Part shown: positions 53,001 to 54,804 of the stretch, one piece after another
Layout: every line of letters begins with the position of its first letter
Position numbering within the stretch: position 1 is the stretch's first letter
Origin: an uncultured marine group III euryarchaeote
GTDB lineage: Archaea; Thermoplasmatota; Poseidoniia; MGIII; CG-Epi1
Direction of reading: 5' to 3'
DNA length: 54,804 nucleotides
NCBI GenBank assembly: GCA_902533295.1
Contig: CACALG010000002.1
Location: 1 to 54,804 of the forward strand
Notes under the pieces: model-generated
The model's database searches: none
The model's input: only the letters and a program-made list of their open reading frames with translations
Told to the model about the DNA's origin: nothing
Made by a program: the position numbers and the translations under genes

Positions 53001-53368
53001 TCAATCACGACTTTGGCATTTTCTGCAGCCTTGAAAGTTACTCCCTCAATTCCATCAATAGCAATAGATTCTCGGTAAATGCCATGAGAAATAATTACGG
53101 TATCTCCATCTGTGATAGACTCTGCTGCCTTACTGATAGTTGCGAATGGGCAATCCTCTGACCCAACATTGTCATCGCTTCCACTATCTTTGTCCACATA
53201 ATATGGCAAATCTTCATCCTTAGTTTCATTATCACAGTCATCATCAACATCTGTACCAAAATAAACTAAACGTGAAGGAATTTCCTCTATTTGATTTGTT
53301 TGAACTAATGGTGCAAACAAAAGCATGAAGGCTATTGCTATATTCAGAAGCGTGCGCATATTCATCAT
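50027..53368 (-). CDS. Giant secreted surface protein: right-handed beta-helix, cupredoxin domain, 8x two-Cys repeats, PKD domain, C-terminal anchor
   Basis: Signal peptide MMNMRTLLNIAIAFMLLFAPLV (start moved to 53368; the track's 21-codon extension would overlap the divergent gene). Beta-helix-like NNTI/HNN turns. GDTITWTNNDGMSHTATS...YECDYHSSMTG. YEWDFDGDGIFE...GTFTATLRVTDNDG (PKD). Tail GFLPSLSFFVSICAIAIIAFRRR. Confidence 0.8.
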   Translation of the reverse strand: MMNMRTLLNIAIAFMLLFAPLVQTNQIEEIPSRLVYFGTDVDDDCDNETKDEDLPYYVDKDSGSDDNVGSEDCPFATISKAAESITDGDTVIISHGIYRESIAIDGIEGVTFKAAENAKVVIDGSRDIEEDLGGEWKEYQNGIYQTNVSENAWQLFVDFEEMVPARWPNANFIDGSVFNRSLWAEGSMDRDKYKDEDGNWVYPYDNGELFDISGLNESGFDPTGAIAILNVGSFKTWSRNITEFDSENNSFKFDEVSAWKTKHHAYFLEGKLELIDSPGEWFFDNEENILYFLPPEGLNLSEANIRAKTQAYGFSSDNADGVTLENIDFFATTFRFNKCENCKVDGSHLLYPSTSKRSLNIAGEDTEERWVSRFDKSSRCLVENSAFLYTDGTALEFHGGDTQSHNNTINNSYFYHIDWSVSDMPGLMVTIIDNGRDNLFSNNTIHFTGASATLSIGNAPTVLHNEVWNTGLLQTDGAVVQMMMAEQKDSNIAYNWIHDTSKYGIRMDGPMGGTNEGRNATVHHNVLWNIRGALMVKGDYHTTHNNTIFGEDNDKNNIIVLFESGFGNENSTTEFNAADRIAAHRSGTYEDHPVPGNYSDNFNGYEDNERTFDVSITDDMEFDPGEITIYVGDTITWTNNDGMSHTATSTSGPTSFDSGNIASGGNWSFTFTEAGSYEYECDYHSSMTGVITVIDNSVKSQLIDPDNYDFRPKANSPLADLNAGAYGPNDDWIAGITWDFMGPELPFEGCMDEDATNYDQRAFFSDGSCIYPPIEGCMDPDAKNYDPDAEVDDGSCEYYVEGCMDPDAKNYNSEAEVDDGSCEYYVEGCTDKDAKNWDPDAEVDDGSCEYYVEGCTDSNATNYNSTAEMDDGSCEYPPHEGCMDVNATNYDSEAEVDDGSCEYPEPIEGCMDMNATNYNSTVEVDDGSCEYPEPIKGCMNSTALNYISWAEVEGECLFGPIAIAGQNVTSTPGVSVQFSGAGTDEDGTVEKYEWDFDGDGIFERSSFENGLTTYIYNNEGTFTATLRVTDNDGFTDTESLTVTIKSPDSDEDGKLNYCPDEITEENEDLVEDSCLATFDEPVKSKDEEDKGFLPSLSFFVSICAIAIIAFRRR
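50501..51127 (-). repeat. In-frame tandem repeat, 8 units of 78-84 nt encoding E-G-C-[MT]-D-x2-A-x-N-[YW]-x3-A-E-[VM]-D-D-G-S-C-E-Y
   Basis: Units read directly from the translation: EGCMDEDATNYDQRAFFSDGSCIYPPI / EGCMDPDAKNYDPDAEVDDGSCEYYV / EGCMDPDAKNYNSEAEVDDGSCEYYV / EGCTDKDAKNWDPDAEVDDGSCEYYV / EGCTDSNATNYNSTAEMDDGSCEYPPH / EGCMDVNATNYDSEAEVDDGSCEYPEPI / EGCMDMNATNYNSTVEVDDGSCEYPEPI / KGCMNSTALNYISWAEVEGEC. The periodicity is also visible in the DNA. Confidence 0.9.
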
Positions 53369-53420
53369 CACTAAATCTATGTAGATAAACTTATTTGATA
53401 CGCCTCCCTTTCCACAATTA

Positions 53421-54659
53421 GTGAAATACATTCTTCCGTTTTTAGCCCTCGCTTTCTTGGCTTTTTCAGCACAACCAAGTGAAGCTGTAGAAGTTCTTCA
53501 CAATTACTATTCTATGAAGGAAGATACCGAAGAATTAGCAAACCAATACCCTGACATTGCAATTTATTCTGAACATGGAATGAGTACTGGATTAGATTTA
53601 GAAATATTTTCAGTAGATGTAGCACTTAATATTACTGAATTAAGCCAAGAAGAACTAGAGGCGTTACCAACCATGTATATTGATGGAGCACACCATGGAA
53701 ATGAAGGAATGTCCGTAGAAGCTACTTTTCTATTTTTACAAGATGTACTTGAAAGAAGTGCTGCTAACCCAGATTATCTTGCTGGTAAGAGATTGGTAGT
53801 TACACCAGTAGTAAATCCGGATGGGTATCTACAAGATTGTAGAAATAATTGGAATGGCGTTGATTTAAATCGAAATTATCCCTACATGTGGGGAATGTAT
53901 GGAACCAGTGATACTCGAGGTTCCTGTCCGGCCTCAGGAACTTATAGAGGACCAAGTGAAGGAAGTGAGATTGAGACTCAAGTTAATATGGAATTAATGC
54001 GTGGAATGAATCTTTATGTCTATTTCTCAGCTCATACAGGATCTAATGATATCGTTCTGCCATGGAAAATTACTGGCGAATTTGCCGTCCCAATTGCTGA
54101 TTGGGATTTGTATGAATATTTTTTGAATGAATCTACAAATGTTTCAGGATTGACTTATCGAGACCCTAGTGGTGCCGGAGAATCAATAGCTTGGGGATAT
54201 GGAGCTAGAACTGGAGTTAGTGTCATCGTAGAAGTAGATGACATGCAATGGTCCCCTATAGAACTTACAACCATTCGTGGAGCGCTGTCAAATGAATTAT
54301 TGATGTATGATCTGGCTTGGGAAAATTTAGAATTATTTGGAGGCCATTTAGAAATCGTATATGAAAATCCAAGTTCTGTAACTGTTAAAAATATTGGTTG
54401 GGGAGCTGCATACAACGTAACTGCTGGATCTGAAATTATAGAAATAATTGAAACTGGAGAAACTAAGAAAATTAACAAAAAAAGTAATGTTTTAAGCTAC
54501 AAAAGATTAATCCAAGAAGGGGAAGAAGCCGATCTAACACTAATGTCTGTAAACCTAACCGCTATCATCAACACAGACAATGAAGCTACTCCATCAATCA
54601 ATTTTATTTCAATAACACTATGTTTAGCAATTGTATCTACTTTAAGGAGAAGAAAATGA
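53421..54659 (+). CDS. Secreted, membrane-anchored M14-family zinc carboxypeptidase
   Basis: Signal peptide MKYILPFLALAFLAFSAQPSEA. Zn motif HHGNE (HxxE), DLNRNYPY, and a third ligand region FSAHTGS. C-terminal tail TPSINFISITLCLAIVSTLRRRK. GTG start. Confidence 0.85.
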   Translation: MKYILPFLALAFLAFSAQPSEAVEVLHNYYSMKEDTEELANQYPDIAIYSEHGMSTGLDLEIFSVDVALNITELSQEELEALPTMYIDGAHHGNEGMSVEATFLFLQDVLERSAANPDYLAGKRLVVTPVVNPDGYLQDCRNNWNGVDLNRNYPYMWGMYGTSDTRGSCPASGTYRGPSEGSEIETQVNMELMRGMNLYVYFSAHTGSNDIVLPWKITGEFAVPIADWDLYEYFLNESTNVSGLTYRDPSGAGESIAWGYGARTGVSVIVEVDDMQWSPIELTTIRGALSNELLMYDLAWENLELFGGHLEIVYENPSSVTVKNIGWGAAYNVTAGSEIIEIIETGETKKINKKSNVLSYKRLIQEGEEADLTLMSVNLTAIINTDNEATPSINFISITLCLAIVSTLRRRK

Positions 54660-54804
54660 CTATCCAGATTAATAATGAAGGGAATGTAAGAATTATATCT
54701 CTCAATCGTCCTGAAAAATTAAATGCTATTACTTTAGAAATGGCGACTGAATTGAATAATGCAATACAAGATACTGCAAATGATTCTACAATTAAATGCT
54801 TAGT
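54656..54804 (+). CDS. Enoyl-CoA hydratase/isomerase (crotonase) family protein, N-terminal fragment
   Basis: My translation is MTIQINNEGNVRIISLNRPEKLNAITLEMATELNNAIQDTANDSTIKCL..., a typical crotonase N-terminus. The ATG overlaps the carboxypeptidase stop (ATGA). It runs off the window end. Confidence 0.7.
   Translation, partial: MTIQINNEGNVRIISLNRPEKLNAITLEMATELNNAIQDTANDSTIKCL

Noticed and set aside
53369-53431. 21-codon upstream extension of the beta-helix giant (MYFTNCGKGGVSNKFIYIDLV) overlapping the divergent carboxypeptidase start
   Set aside because: The signal peptide begins at MMNMRTLL (53368). Divergent genes that overlap at their 5' ends are implausible.

Overview
This is a low-GC, very gene-dense archaeal chromosome segment of about 60 genes. 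Many neighbouring genes overlap by 4-14 nt (ATGA-type), and several use TTG or GTG starts. The gene content points to an uncultured marine planktonic euryarchaeote, Marine Group II/Poseidoniales-like. That assignment is an inference from content and composition, not a database hit.

Core machinery:
- The DNA polymerase D small subunit lies divergent from Orc1/Cdc6, with an AT-rich candidate oriC between them.
- The classical archaeal superoperon is present: psmA-SBDS-rrp4-rrp41-rrp42-L37Ae-RpoP-Pcc1-prefoldin beta, here extended by a DHH/DHHA1 phosphoesterase.
- Also present are GatE, a short Nop5-like protein and TrkAH.
- There are three CCA-encoding tRNA genes: CAT, Asn-GTT, and Tyr-GTA with a 41-nt bulge-helix-bulge intron.

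Accessory content is dominated by cell-envelope biology:
- Envelope and glycan genes: UppP, a DUF368 (PopT-type) protein, a Wzx-like flippase, three GT-B glycosyltransferases, a GlmU-like enzyme and an ATP-grasp/VOC pair.
- Four large secreted or anchored proteins of 978, 1307, ~1113 and 412 aa, built from CARDB-like, PKD, beta-helix, cupredoxin and M14 peptidase modules.

I found no CRISPR array, integrase, transposase, toxin-antitoxin pair or recognisable defence system.

Best novelty candidates, none proven:
1. A paralogous family of membrane proteins with the architecture Zn-ribbon / TM / carboxypeptidase-regulatory-like beta-sandwich / 2-TM hairpin, at two loci, each with small uncharacterised partner genes.
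2. A histidine/aromatic ammonia-lyase homologue whose MIO triad reads Ala-Cys-Gly instead of Ala-Ser-Gly. It sits tail-to-tail with a class-III aminotransferase and has no hutU/hutI nearby.
3. A shared C-terminal tail (Pro-Ser motif, hydrophobic helix, RRR(K)) on three exported proteins, suggestive of a sorting signal.
4. An 8-copy two-cysteine 26-28-aa tandem module plus an embedded type-1 copper domain in a giant beta-helix surface protein.
5. A Nop5-like protein lacking the fibrillarin-binding N-terminal domain.

All homology calls come from motif recognition by eye and need HMM or structure searches for confirmation.
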